Positions 37,999 to 47,463 are shown, counted from the stretch's first letter. The stretch: 64,000 nt of DNA from Patescibacteria group bacterium (GCA_040384445.1 JAZKJG010000002.1:90087-154086), one strand, 5' to 3'. The notes: a model not told the origin generated them from the sequence alone. Numbers and translations: made by a program.

Positions 37999-38217
37999 TT
38001 AGACAGTAAGAGCTACGGGTATGGCAATTTTTCGTCTCCGGAGTTGTTTGTGTATTACTGTAAAATTGATCGGACCCTTCCTGCTCCATTTGTTGATTTG
38101 CACCCAAGGTCCTTTCTGAACCCAAGGTTCGTCAGGGATTTTAATGAGTGAATAGCCGAAACCGGAAGTAGGTAAGGTGTAATTTTTGTCTCTAAACTTA
38201 AATCTGATTTTGTACAT
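37999..38217 (-). CDS. Possible small basic protein (72 aa); uncertain
   Basis: Only ORF in a 270-nt gene-free stretch. No motif. Confidence 0.25.
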   Translation of the reverse strand: MYKIRFKFRDKNYTLPTSGFGYSLIKIPDEPWVQKGPWVQINKWSRKGPINFTVIHKQLRRRKIAIPVALTV

Positions 38218-38264
38218 GATGGGACTGGGTTAGAATTTTGCCTACTGTGGCAGTACAGGAAAGT

Positions 38265-38765
38265 CTACACGATTCTAGATTGTTTGTAAAACTCCCACAA
38301 AAGCTTCATGTCTTTCCGTGTTAGTTTTGCAAATACCTCTTGCTCCGGAACCCATACAAACTCAGCAATAGCTTTTTCTTCTTCATCTATTTCATCTTGT
38401 TCAAGATCCGCTAGTTGTGCAAATACTAAACGATAGTGAGCGAGTCTATTTACATGCTTAATGACATGAAAAAATAATCCATGTGATACAAAGTCCATTG
38501 GTGTAATTACAGAAATATTTTTATATCCTGTCTCTTCTAAAATCTCTTTTTGAGCAGTTTGCTCGAGTGTTTCTCCTTCTTCAATTCCTCCGGTTAAAAA
38601 TCCACTCCAGTTTGATTTTTTCCATTCTGCTAATAAATATAAATTATCTGTAGGGTGTTTGATAATAACGCCAATGTTATTTCGTTCAACGATCTGTACG
38701 CCTTCTTGAAATGAATCTGTGCCGCCATCTAGGTTGATGTCTATATCTGGGTAGAGGTCTTTCAT
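38265..38765 (-). CDS. NUDIX hydrolase
   Basis: Nudix box GGIEEGETLEQTAQKEILEETGY. Confidence 0.8.
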   Translation of the reverse strand: MKDLYPDIDINLDGGTDSFQEGVQIVERNNIGVIIKHPTDNLYLLAEWKKSNWSGFLTGGIEEGETLEQTAQKEILEETGYKNISVITPMDFVSHGLFFHVIKHVNRLAHYRLVFAQLADLEQDEIDEEEKAIAEFVWVPEQEVFAKLTRKDMKLLWEFYKQSRIV

Positions 38766-38777
38766 GTGAACAGTGTA

Positions 38778-39920
38778 TCACATTACTTTGTCTGACAACT
38801 TTGCTCTGTATTTCTTTAAAAATGGATACTCTATGTATTTATATGTAAATCCTGATAGAACTACAATGAGTAATGCTGACACAAACATAATTGACCAAAA
38901 GGAGAATGTTGAAAGGTTGGCGATCGGATGGAATACGTTTACAGCCTTAAGTACTAGGTACAGAACGATTCCGTGCAACAAGTAAATACTGTAACTAATA
39001 GTTCCTAAGAATTTTGCAGCTCTTGTTTTAAGCAATCCCCAGATTGTATTTCCATATAAGAAGAAAAGGAATATAAAAAATGTAATACAGTACTGCAGAA
39101 TTCCATACGGTTTATAATCAATCATATAAACTAAGATCAATCCAAGAATGGGAAGTAGACTTACCCAAGGTTTCTTAACCCAATCTTGTTTAGGGTATTT
39201 TGCAAGAATATGAGCCGAAGCTATTCCAAATAAGAAAATCATCCAATATCCTTTGTCAGGTGAAAGAGCAAGAATTGCCAAGATAGGAATTGCTAAGAGA
39301 TTCATTTTTCTATCTCGAAGAACTATTGCAACAAATGGAAGAACGATATATAGCACCCATTCAAAGTGTAGGGTCCAGTGAATTCCTGCATTTATAGGAA
39401 TAATACTTAAACCGTTTACAGAAGTCGTGGTGATAATACCAAGTGATAACCATGAGAACATATCTCGTATCAGTTGGATCGGATCTCCAATTCTGAATCC
39501 TGTTTCGAACAAAGCAAATATAACAATGAGGGCAGCAGAGAAGAGGTACATTGGAGCAAGTCGATAAATTCTGTTCTTATACAATGAATACGCGTCAAGA
39601 TCTCCTTTCTTTGCGATTGCCTTATACCAGTAGAGGAAACTTGTAATCATGAAAAACAAAATAACTGCCTCTCCTCCTAGGAATCGGTAGAGTTTAAACT
39701 CTGTGATTTGCCATGTTCCTGTTGTGTAGTAGGTAAGATTAGTGACTGCGTGTTGAAAGAATACTCCGAATGCTAGTATTCCTCGGAGTCCATCGAGTGA
39801 TTCGAATCGTCCATCTTCGTCTTTTGATGGTGTGTTATAAAATGCCCAGTACTTTGAGAGTAGGGTTGCGAATGCCAGTATACCGGCCATGATGAGGAAA
39901 AATGGGAGAAGGGTGAACAT
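38778..39920 (-). CDS. Acyltransferase family 3 (OafA/YrhL-like) membrane protein
   Basis: ~10 TM helices. Conserved FFQHAV region near the N-terminus. 380 aa. Confidence 0.7.
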   Translation of the reverse strand: MFTLLPFFLIMAGILAFATLLSKYWAFYNTPSKDEDGRFESLDGLRGILAFGVFFQHAVTNLTYYTTGTWQITEFKLYRFLGGEAVILFFMITSFLYWYKAIAKKGDLDAYSLYKNRIYRLAPMYLFSAALIVIFALFETGFRIGDPIQLIRDMFSWLSLGIITTTSVNGLSIIPINAGIHWTLHFEWVLYIVLPFVAIVLRDRKMNLLAIPILAILALSPDKGYWMIFLFGIASAHILAKYPKQDWVKKPWVSLLPILGLILVYMIDYKPYGILQYCITFFIFLFFLYGNTIWGLLKTRAAKFLGTISYSIYLLHGIVLYLVLKAVNVFHPIANLSTFSFWSIMFVSALLIVVLSGFTYKYIEYPFLKKYRAKLSDKVM

Positions 39921-40018
39921 GCGTGGGGTATGGGTTAAGTATACCGTACTGGACTTTATTAGGTAAATGATTATAGTGAAAGTAGGATCAATATTTAAAC
40001 CTAAATGAAGGAGATATT

Positions 40019-40786
40019 ATGAACATTCCGTATATCGGTATTACCGATTTTATGAATTATGAGCAGGTTGAGCGTATGCTTGCTGTTTTTGAAGCCAATA
40101 AAAAACCAGGTCAAAATCGTCGGCTACATGTTGGAGTCATGATGAGTTACAAAACTCTAAACAAGACTGAAACCAAGTGGTCGAAAGCTTTTCCTGCAAA
40201 TGATGATATCAGGCACATATTTCAGTCATCAGAGACAATGAATTGTCTCCACTATGCAGATTATGAAGGAGTTGATGTCTGGAGAAACCTTGCGAAAGCA
40301 ATTGAATTTGGAGGGTATCTCATTGATGCACTTCAGCTTGATATGGTTTGGCCAGATCCTGTTGCAATATCAACAGCTGTACATACTTCTCGCAAGTTCC
40401 CTGAGGTAATTCTCCAGATTGGGAAGAATGCGATGGAGGAAGCGGGAAATGATCCTGCTCAAGTTGTTGAAAGACTTCAGGATTATAACGGCATCATTCA
40501 TCATGTGCTTCTTGATAAAAGCATGGGTAGAGGTCTAGGGATGGATGCTGTAGGACTTCTACCGTACGCTCGTGCAATTCGTGATGCATACCCTGATCTT
40601 GGATTGGCGGTTGCTGGTGGATTGGGGCCGAACACGATGGGTCTCGTTAAGCCATTGCTTGAAGAGTTTCCTCATATCTCTATCGATGCACAAGGTCAGC
40701 TGCGTCCAAGTGGTAATGCGCTTGATCCGATTGATTGGGATATGGCGGAGAAGTACATTGTGAATGCTCTTGCTCTGTTGGAGTGA
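40019..40786 (+). CDS. Hypothetical protein, possibly a (beta/alpha)8-barrel enzyme with a TrpF-like GGLxPxN segment; higher GC
   Basis: 255-aa ORF. AGGLGPNTMGLV segment resembles the phosphate-binding loop of ribulose-phosphate-binding barrels. Otherwise unassigned. Confidence 0.4.
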   Translation: MNIPYIGITDFMNYEQVERMLAVFEANKKPGQNRRLHVGVMMSYKTLNKTETKWSKAFPANDDIRHIFQSSETMNCLHYADYEGVDVWRNLAKAIEFGGYLIDALQLDMVWPDPVAISTAVHTSRKFPEVILQIGKNAMEEAGNDPAQVVERLQDYNGIIHHVLLDKSMGRGLGMDAVGLLPYARAIRDAYPDLGLAVAGGLGPNTMGLVKPLLEEFPHISIDAQGQLRPSGNALDPIDWDMAEKYIVNALALLE

Positions 40787-40792
40787 AATCAA

Positions 40793-40838
40793 AAACCCTG
40801 TCTCACGATTTGTTTCGTGTGGCAGGGTGTTTTTTATC
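40793..40838 (+). terminator. Rho-independent terminator
   Basis: ACCCTGTC...GGCAGGGT hairpin followed by TTTTTT. Confidence 0.6.
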
Positions 40839-41292
40839 CTCGCACGTACAGATTTTTTTGGGTATCAACTCTATAAATATTCTTTATATGACTTGAGTCA
40901 ACAGTGTCTAGATTTTCTCCGGTTTCTGGATCGATCATTCTATATGCCCAATGTCTTCCTTTTATAGGTTGATTTGTTACAGGATTAATATCTCCTCGAG
41001 CAAACAACTGTACATCAGTTTCAAAGATATAATTTTCCTCACCCTCTTTTATGTATGTTAAATTAGGTGTTCCTTTGTCAAATGATGGGAAAGAAGTGGG
41101 TCTATTTCCTAAATTAATTTGTCCGACCATATTTGACTCTGTTCCAGTAGGTGAACTTCGAAGTGTTCCTGCTTCGATATAGTCTTTGTATCCCTGTTCA
41201 TTTACTATACGGTAAAAGTTATTCTTATTGAATTCATGATTTTCTAGGAGTTTCCATTCAGGGTTTGTTTCGTATTGGGGTGCGTGTTCCAT
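40834..41292 (-). CDS. Hypothetical protein
   Basis: 152-aa ORF, no motif. Confidence 0.4.
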   Translation of the reverse strand: MEHAPQYETNPEWKLLENHEFNKNNFYRIVNEQGYKDYIEAGTLRSSPTGTESNMVGQINLGNRPTSFPSFDKGTPNLTYIKEGEENYIFETDVQLFARGDINPVTNQPIKGRHWAYRMIDPETGENLDTVDSSHIKNIYRVDTQKNLYVRG

Positions 41293-41307
41293 GGGGTAGA
41301 TTATATC

Positions 41308-41919
41308 CTATTTTCGCGCCACAGCTACTCCTTGATACATAAACGCCAAAGGTTTTGACTTTTGTGCAAACTTCTCAATTTGTTGTATCTCAAAACCAGC
41401 ATCTAGAATAAGTTTTTCTATATCTCTATTCATATGACATCCTCCAGCAACCCTTTTAGAAATCGGAGTAAGAAAATTTTGAATTTTAGTAATGAAAGAT
41501 CTAGGTGATTTACCGTGCTCTATGAATAAAAATTTACCACTAGGCTTTAGTACTCGGAATATTTCTTTGAGTGCAATTTCAGGATAGGGAATACTACAGA
41601 GGGTCCAAGTAGAAATAACTGAATCTATCGAATTAGTATCAAGAGGGATATTTTCAGCTGATGCTTGAAGTTGTTCAATGGTAAATGAAACTTTATAAAT
41701 CCTTTCTTGTGCTAGGGTATATAGTTCGTCTGAAGGGTCGAGTGCGTATAGTTTACTTACATTTGTAAAATAGGGAAGATTAAGTCCTGAGCCGAATCCT
41801 ATTTCGAGCACTATACCATTTGCTTTGCTTGCTGTATCTTTTCGATATGTATCGAAATCTTTACTGCCCATGGCAAGGTTGAGGTATTTTGGGAGGATGT
41901 ATTTTGTGTAGAGGTTCAT
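41308..41919 (-). CDS. Class I SAM-dependent methyltransferase
   Basis: Motif I LEIGFGSGLN. Acidic residue ending motif II. ~200 aa. Confidence 0.75.
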   Translation of the reverse strand: MNLYTKYILPKYLNLAMGSKDFDTYRKDTASKANGIVLEIGFGSGLNLPYFTNVSKLYALDPSDELYTLAQERIYKVSFTIEQLQASAENIPLDTNSIDSVISTWTLCSIPYPEIALKEIFRVLKPSGKFLFIEHGKSPRSFITKIQNFLTPISKRVAGGCHMNRDIEKLILDAGFEIQQIEKFAQKSKPLAFMYQGVAVARK

Positions 41920-41931
41920 TAATTTTAGTAT

Positions 41932-42294
41932 TTACTTACAACTTGTGGCGCCTTTGTGTAAGAAATATGTTTCGGATGAACTATCAACGTCAACACATAA
42001 CGTTCTTTTGTGAGAGAGTTTTACTTGCAAGGTAAAATTATCTTTTTCTGCAAAACAGAATGGTTGTAAATTACTTGTCAGAGTACCAAAATATGCTTTT
42101 GTAGTAGTAGAAGTACATACATTAGAAAAATCCATCACTTCTTTATTTTGTTTCAGGAGTTTATCACGAACTTCTCTTAAATGCATTTTTACAGTATCAC
42201 TCGGTTTAAAACATGCGCAAGATTCACTTGGAACAAGATAGATACCTACAAAGACAATAAAACACCCACAAGCAGCAGCTATTATTTTTTTCAT
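41932..42294 (-). CDS. Small secreted / lipoprotein-like hypothetical
   Basis: Signal-like MKKIIAAACGCFIVFVG with Cys near the cleavage region. Start set at the internal Met. Confidence 0.4.
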   Translation of the reverse strand: MKKIIAAACGCFIVFVGIYLVPSESCACFKPSDTVKMHLREVRDKLLKQNKEVMDFSNVCTSTTTKAYFGTLTSNLQPFCFAEKDNFTLQVKLSHKRTLCVDVDSSSETYFLHKGATSCK

Positions 42295-42362
42295 ATAGTA
42301 ATCATAGCGTGGAAAGGGTAAAAGCAAAAACCCCAAGAAGCTATCTTGAGGTTTCGATTTTA

Positions 42363-42791
42363 TCAACCCACTGTTTCGTCTCTGATTTGGATCATTGGAA
42401 CTGTTATTTGGTGGTTAACTGTAAAATCAACAGTAAAGGTATATCCACCATACGTCTTTCGCATGAGTTTGTGTAAGCCAATCATGATATTCCCAAGAGC
42501 AGTGAGCCACTCGTCGATCCCTAGCAGGACATTGTTTCGAATGGATATGAAGTAGGTATAAAATCTGTATAGATCTTTACCATATAAAATTGTGATACAG
42601 AAATATGGGTCGGGATCGTTTGTTAACCAACTGTGAGTAAGTTTCAGCCCACTCCAGTCAGGTTCGTATTTTATAGCGACATGGATTATCTCCTTGGGGA
42701 TGTGTATTCCAAGAGGAACCGCGTTTACTGTTAAGTATTCGTGTATGGTCGTGATGACTGCTAAACACAGAGTTTTATTGTCTGTTTCCAT
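42363..42791 (-). CDS. Hypothetical protein
   Basis: 142-aa ORF, no motif. Confidence 0.4.
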   Translation of the reverse strand: METDNKTLCLAVITTIHEYLTVNAVPLGIHIPKEIIHVAIKYEPDWSGLKLTHSWLTNDPDPYFCITILYGKDLYRFYTYFISIRNNVLLGIDEWLTALGNIMIGLHKLMRKTYGGYTFTVDFTVNHQITVPMIQIRDETVG

Positions 42792-43004
42792 TGTAAGAAC
42801 ATGTTGAAGGTTAAAGTGCAGATGTGACTAGGAGGTACTTTGGCATATTGTTTGCTATAAGGCAAGTTGAGATTTTTAATCTTCTCTCCTCAATACAGAA
42901 AAACACCCTCTCGGGTGTTTTCGTATTTTGCAGAGATGATATATAGTCGCTTACGCTCCTTATATCACATGCGCAAAAGCATATTCGCTACGCTCATTGT
43001 TTTG

Positions 43005-43090
43005 CGGAGGAGGTGAGATTCGAACTCACGGGACCATTACAGCCCTCCTGTTTTCAAGACAGGTGCAATCGACCTCTCTGCCACTCCTCC
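43005..43090 (-). tRNA. tRNA-Ser (anticodon UGA), long variable arm
   Basis: Acceptor GGAGGAG/CTCCTCC. Anticodon stem-loop CCTGT-CTTGAAA-ACAGG. Long variable arm. T-arm GTGAG-TTCGAAT-CTCAC. CCA not encoded. Confidence 0.8.
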
Positions 43091-43129
43091 TTTGTGTCGA
43101 CTAACGTATATGATACTATCATAGTATAT

Positions 43130-43579
43130 ATGAAATATCTAGGGATCGATTACGGCAAAAAAAAGATAGGCATTGCAAAGAGTAATGATGAAGGAACCAT
43201 TGCCTTTCCTGACCAGATCATTGCTCCAAACGCAGATAACTCCCATGTACAAGTCATCCTGGATCTCTGTGAAAAGGAGAATATTGGACATGTTGTTATT
43301 GGGTACTCTTCAGACCTCGATGGTAAGAAAAATGCTATTGAAAAGGATATCGAGGAATTCATCCTGCACCTAGGGGGTAATCTTACTATTCATCGAGTTG
43401 ATGAGCGAATGTCTACTTCAGGAGTTCAAGCACATCTTCGTCATACATTTCAAAAGAAAACACAAGATAAACATAAAGCAAAAAATGCAAAGCAGGTCCG
43501 AGAACATACAAAAGACGATGATGCCAAAGTTGCTGCGTATATTCTACAAAGTTTTCTCGATATGCAAGAAAGAGTATAG
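43130..43579 (+). CDS. ruvX: Putative pre-16S rRNA nuclease / Holliday junction resolvase-like YqgF
   Basis: N-terminal LGIDYGKKKIGIAKSND (YqgF LG.D.G.K.IG.A.SD motif). The upstream extension overlapping the tRNA is spurious. Confidence 0.7.
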   Translation: MKYLGIDYGKKKIGIAKSNDEGTIAFPDQIIAPNADNSHVQVILDLCEKENIGHVVIGYSSDLDGKKNAIEKDIEEFILHLGGNLTIHRVDERMSTSGVQAHLRHTFQKKTQDKHKAKNAKQVREHTKDDDAKVAAYILQSFLDMQERV

Positions 43580-43591
43580 TATACTAGATGC

Positions 43592-43912
43592 ATGATAACC
43601 TTCGATGATTTTAAAAAAGTAGAACTTCGTGTTGGAGAAATTATTTCAGCTACTCCTGTAGAAGGATCAGAAAAATTATTATTACTTACAGTGGATTTTG
43701 GAGAAGAGGTGCCTCGAACTGTTGTCTCAGGTATTGCAGCATTTGTTGACGATGCATTTGTGGGTTCAAAAAAAATATTTGTGACAAATCTAGAACCAAG
43801 AGCGATTATGGGTATAGAAAGTCAGGCCATGATTTTGGCAGGGAAGGATGACGAAACACTCGGTCTCGCAACACTTGATCGGTCTATTAAAAATGGAACT
43901 GTATTATCATAA
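43592..43912 (+). CDS. tRNA-binding protein (CsaA/EMAP-like OB-fold domain)
   Basis: MITFDDFKKVELRVGEII...EPRAIMGIESQAMIL, typical of the MetRS C-terminal/CsaA domain. Confidence 0.75.
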   Translation: MITFDDFKKVELRVGEIISATPVEGSEKLLLLTVDFGEEVPRTVVSGIAAFVDDAFVGSKKIFVTNLEPRAIMGIESQAMILAGKDDETLGLATLDRSIKNGTVLS

Positions 43913-43914
43913 CT

Positions 43915-44910
43915 ATGTCTTTTCTATCTAACATCACAAAACATGTCCCTGTACCTAAGAGAATGTCTTTTGAGCACGCTGGGGTTGATATTGGAATAAA
44001 CCATATTCGACATATTTTCTTTCAGAAAAAAGGAGAATATCTTCATGTGAAGAATTTTGGAGTATACGATATTCCGACTGTTGCTCGTGATCAGATGCTT
44101 TCAGATCAGGCAGAGGTTTTGATGGCACTTAAAAAAATGCAAAAAGAATTCGGGTACAAATACATAGAAGTATCCTTACCTGAAGACCTTGTATACATTT
44201 ATACTGCAGAAGTTGATGGGGCAGATTCAGAATCTATACGTTCACAGGTAGAGTTTCGAATTGAGGAAAATGTTCCATTAAAAGTTGATGAAGCTGTGTT
44301 TGATATTACGCCTGTGATTTTTATAAAGGAGTTAAACAAAAGCCTTGTATCTGTTGCTGTGGTTTCAAAAAGAATTATTCAGGATTATGTTGAGGTGTTT
44401 AGAAATGCAAACATGGAAGTTGTGTCTTTCATGGTACAAAATCAAGCATTATCAAAAGCACTTATCTTAAAAGACGACAGAGATCCGTATTGTATTGTTG
44501 CTGTAGAAAAAAGAAATATCGTTGTGTCTATTGTAAGTTCAAGTATTGTATTATATACGTCAACCATAGGCCAATCTGTATTTAAGGAGGATTTAAAACT
44601 TGAAAAAAGTGAAGTACTACAGGATCTGGTAAAAGAAATTTATAAAATCATTGTGTTCTGGCTTTCATATATTGAAAAGAATCCTCTGTATGGATTTAAA
44701 CCCCTTAAGGCTATATTACTTACCTCAACACATAAAGATATTCTTGAGTCTGATTTTGCAAATATGCTTACTAGAGAGCTTTCTTTGCAAGTAACACTCT
44801 CTGATGTATGGACAAATATAGCGATTCCAAAAAATAGTGTACCGGAAATTCATAAAAAAGATTCATATCAATATGCTACAGCTATCGGATTAGCAATGCC
44901 TAAGATATAA
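43915..44910 (+). CDS. pilM: Type IV pilus assembly protein PilM-like (actin-fold)
   Basis: N-terminal GVDIGINHIRHIFF resembles the PilM phosphate-1 loop. 331 aa. Followed by PilN/O-like genes. Confidence 0.55.
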   Translation: MSFLSNITKHVPVPKRMSFEHAGVDIGINHIRHIFFQKKGEYLHVKNFGVYDIPTVARDQMLSDQAEVLMALKKMQKEFGYKYIEVSLPEDLVYIYTAEVDGADSESIRSQVEFRIEENVPLKVDEAVFDITPVIFIKELNKSLVSVAVVSKRIIQDYVEVFRNANMEVVSFMVQNQALSKALILKDDRDPYCIVAVEKRNIVVSIVSSSIVLYTSTIGQSVFKEDLKLEKSEVLQDLVKEIYKIIVFWLSYIEKNPLYGFKPLKAILLTSTHKDILESDFANMLTRELSLQVTLSDVWTNIAIPKNSVPEIHKKDSYQYATAIGLAMPKI

Positions 44911-44920
44911 TACAATCGTA

Positions 44921-45448
44921 ATGCTCTATCTTATCAACGAAGAACAACGGAAAAAAATAATTGCTGATTACTACATACGAGTAGGGCAGGTTGTTTCTTG
45001 GTTTTTGGTTGGCATATTTTTAACTATTGGAGTGTTGGCTGTACCTACGATACTTCTGCTTCAAACAGAAGTTCGTACATCTGAACAAAAAATACTAAAT
45101 CTAGAAAGAGAAATCGAAACGGCAAAAGATATGAGTACGGAGAAAGAGGCGACTGTAATCACAAACAAGCTAGAGATTTTCAAAACAGCAACAGTGAGTG
45201 ATATTCAAAAGAGATATTTAGAAGTGGAGAACACTGTTGAAAGTGTGCCTGGGGTATTAATTACAGGACTCAATGTAAATGTCTTAAATAAGACAGTGCA
45301 AATTGTGACCGAAGTTAAAGACAAAGAAGTCGCGAAAGACCTTGTGGATGTTTTAAATAAGACAACATATAAAGGTGCTGTCCTTCCGTACTCTGTACTA
45401 AGCGAAAAAGGCTCATTTATATTTGCACAAAATTTAACGTATGAATAA
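44921..45448 (+). CDS. pilN: PilN-like bitopic membrane protein
   Basis: Short cytoplasmic N-terminus, one TM, coiled coil. Position after pilM. Confidence 0.5.
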   Translation: MLYLINEEQRKKIIADYYIRVGQVVSWFLVGIFLTIGVLAVPTILLLQTEVRTSEQKILNLEREIETAKDMSTEKEATVITNKLEIFKTATVSDIQKRYLEVENTVESVPGVLITGLNVNVLNKTVQIVTEVKDKEVAKDLVDVLNKTTYKGAVLPYSVLSEKGSFIFAQNLTYE

Positions 45449-45983
45449 TTTAAAATCTTACATTCCAATAGTTTTCTTTATCTTGATTATAGGAGCAGGA
45501 TCTTTTGGAGTATATAAAATTCATACATATGCATCTACGTTTTCTGTACGGGTTGTTGAGATCAACAGTAAACTACAGTCACTTGAAGCCACACGGAGTA
45601 ATTTAGAATTATTTAAAAAGATTCTTCTTAAAGGATCTGCAGAGCAAGAACAGATGGACGCGTATGTGTTAAGTGGAGATACAGTATTTAAAGCTATTAC
45701 TGATCTTGAGAAAGATGGAAAGAAAACAGGAGTTTTTACGGGAGATAATCTAGGAATCTCTTCAGTTTCAAAAAGAGAAAATTCAGAGTTAAAGAAGTTG
45801 AATGCAGGAGAGGTAGTTGTGACAATCTCTGCTGAAGGTAAAAGAGATAGAATAGATTCATACGTTGAAGCTCTAACAAACCTGCCGTTCGTTTCTCATA
45901 TTGAACAAATCCAACAGACTTTTTCAAAAGAAACAGGAAAGACAAGAGCAACAATTACATTAGTTATTACTGAAATACTATGA
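45441..45983 (+). CDS. pilO: PilO-like bitopic membrane protein
   Basis: One TM plus coiled coil. Translationally coupled within the pilMNO block. Confidence 0.45.
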   Translation: MNNLKSYIPIVFFILIIGAGSFGVYKIHTYASTFSVRVVEINSKLQSLEATRSNLELFKKILLKGSAEQEQMDAYVLSGDTVFKAITDLEKDGKKTGVFTGDNLGISSVSKRENSELKKLNAGEVVVTISAEGKRDRIDSYVEALTNLPFVSHIEQIQQTFSKETGKTRATITLVITEIL

Positions 45984-46336
45984 AATTAAACTTCGCCTCA
46001 AAAAAGAATATTGGAGGATTTCAACCGGCATTGCACTGGGAAATGATTCTCGTTTCTTCATTTGTAATGTTGCTCTTGAGTGTGGCGTACGGAGTGTATT
46101 TATACACATTTGCAAAAAAACAGGTAGAAACAATTGCCTCGACTGATACATCCGTTGCGTCAGCAAAGTTAACTGCGTATGCGTCGCCTGAGAAAATTCA
46201 GGAATATTTTCAAATATATAAAGATCGACAGGGGAGATATACAGAAGTTATAAACGGGCTTATTGTAGGGAATGTTGTTGAGGTTAAGACTTCAACTTCA
46301 AGTGTCTCTGTCGTTGCAACAACGACGAATCAATGA
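45980..46336 (+). CDS. Small membrane protein (PilP-like position)
   Basis: One TM. Last gene of the block. Confidence 0.35.
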   Translation: MKLNFASKKNIGGFQPALHWEMILVSSFVMLLLSVAYGVYLYTFAKKQVETIASTDTSVASAKLTAYASPEKIQEYFQIYKDRQGRYTEVINGLIVGNVVEVKTSTSSVSVVATTTNQ

Positions 46337-46340
46337 TATA

Positions 46341-46415
46341 AAAGCTCTATCGCTCTTGTAGTTCAATGGATAGAACTGCGGACTTCTAAGCCGTTAATCT
46401 AGGTTCGATTCCTAG
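46341..46415 (+). tRNA. tRNA-Arg (anticodon UCU), CCA encoded
   Basis: Acceptor GCTCTTG/CGAGAGC. D-arm GTTC-AATGGATA-GAAC. Anticodon loop CTTCTAA. T-arm CTAGG-TTCGATT-CCTAG. Ends in ACCA. Confidence 0.75.
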
Positions 46416-46448
46416 CGAGAGCACCAACATGAAAAACACATCTTTGAT

Positions 46449-46931
46449 GTGTTTTTTCTATTACCTGATATACTTGTTTATATGAATACAGCAACTTGTA
46501 CGGTCAATGGACAATTAGTGCAATGTCCAGAATTCCTTTCTAATCCGCTAATATGGATTGGTTTACTTATAATCCCCTTAATAATAGTAATATTGACTTT
46601 TGTATCATTATGGAAAATTTTTGAAAAAGCCAATAAACCAGGTTGGGCATCACTAATTCCAATTTACAATATCGTCGTGTTGTGTGAAATTGTTAAAAAG
46701 CCTACATGGTACGTTGTGTTATTTTTTATTCCTTTTGTAAATGTAATTTTAGCTTTTATTCTTTTGCTGGAATTAAGTAAGGCATTTGGAAAGGGTGTTG
46801 GATTTACCTTAGGATTAATATTTCTTCCCATGATTTTTTATCCAGTACTAGCTTTTGATAGTTCGACATATAAATATGGGAACAGTACAGCTGAACCTGA
46901 AGTCCCTACAATTTCCCCAGCAACAGTTTAG
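46449..46931 (+). CDS. Hypothetical multi-TM membrane protein
   Basis: Four TM helices. 160 aa. Confidence 0.45.
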   Translation: MFFLLPDILVYMNTATCTVNGQLVQCPEFLSNPLIWIGLLIIPLIIVILTFVSLWKIFEKANKPGWASLIPIYNIVVLCEIVKKPTWYVVLFFIPFVNVILAFILLLELSKAFGKGVGFTLGLIFLPMIFYPVLAFDSSTYKYGNSTAEPEVPTISPATV

Positions 46932-46937
46932 TTACAT

Positions 46938-46969
46938 TAAAAACCGTAGATCACCTCTACGGTTTTTCT
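46938..46969 (+). terminator. Rho-independent terminator (copy 1 of a duplicated hairpin)
   Basis: AAAACCGTAGATCACCTCTACGGTTTTT. Confidence 0.7.
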
Positions 46970-46985
46970 ATGGTAAAATTTAACC

Positions 46986-47279
46986 ATGCAAAACAAATCA
47001 TTGAAAATAGGATTATCAGTAGTCTGGTTAATCCCTTTTATATATTCATTGTATGGTTTTATTTATACGATAAATGATAAAAGCAGATATGCATGTGATT
47101 CTGGAAACTCGTGTCTTTACTTTATAATCACGCCTTTTATTTTACCCTCTGTTTTGTACTTAATATGGAAACCTGAAGGGAAGAGTTGGGGGAAGCAAAT
47201 TTTTCACGCAATATTGTTGTTTCCAATACTGCTAATTGTTGCATGGGGCATATTGGCTTTACTTAGCTTAATTAAATAA
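46986..47279 (+). CDS. Small membrane protein
   Basis: 97 aa, three TM helices. Flanked by duplicated terminators. Confidence 0.4.
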   Translation: MQNKSLKIGLSVVWLIPFIYSLYGFIYTINDKSRYACDSGNSCLYFIITPFILPSVLYLIWKPEGKSWGKQIFHAILLFPILLIVAWGILALLSLIK

Positions 47280-47281
47280 AC

Positions 47282-47313
47282 AGAAAACCGTAGATCATCT
47301 CTACGGTTTTTCT
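47282..47313 (+). terminator. Rho-independent terminator (copy 2, one mismatch versus copy 1)
   Basis: AAAACCGTAGATCATCTCTACGGTTTTT. Confidence 0.7.
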
Positions 47314-47321
47314 ATAGTTTG

Positions 47322-47394
47322 TGCGCGATGAGGGACTTGAACCCCCGACCTTCTCAGTGTAAATGAGTTGCTCTACCAACTGAGCTAATCGCGC
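47322..47394 (-). tRNA. tRNA-Val (anticodon UAC)
   Basis: Acceptor GCGCGAT/ATCGCGC. D-arm GCTC-AGTTGGTA-GAGC. Anticodon loop TTTACAC. T-arm GGGGG-TTCAAGT-CCCTC. Confidence 0.75.
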
Positions 47395-47463
47395 TCTTTA
47401 CGAATTCCACTATATCATATGTATAATTGATATACAAATAGAAATATAGTACAGTACCTCTAT

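Noticed and set aside
43013-43129. N-terminal 39 codons of the ruvX ORF as printed in the ORF track
   Set aside because: Overlaps tRNA-Ser on the opposite strand. The YqgF homology begins at MKYLGIDYG.
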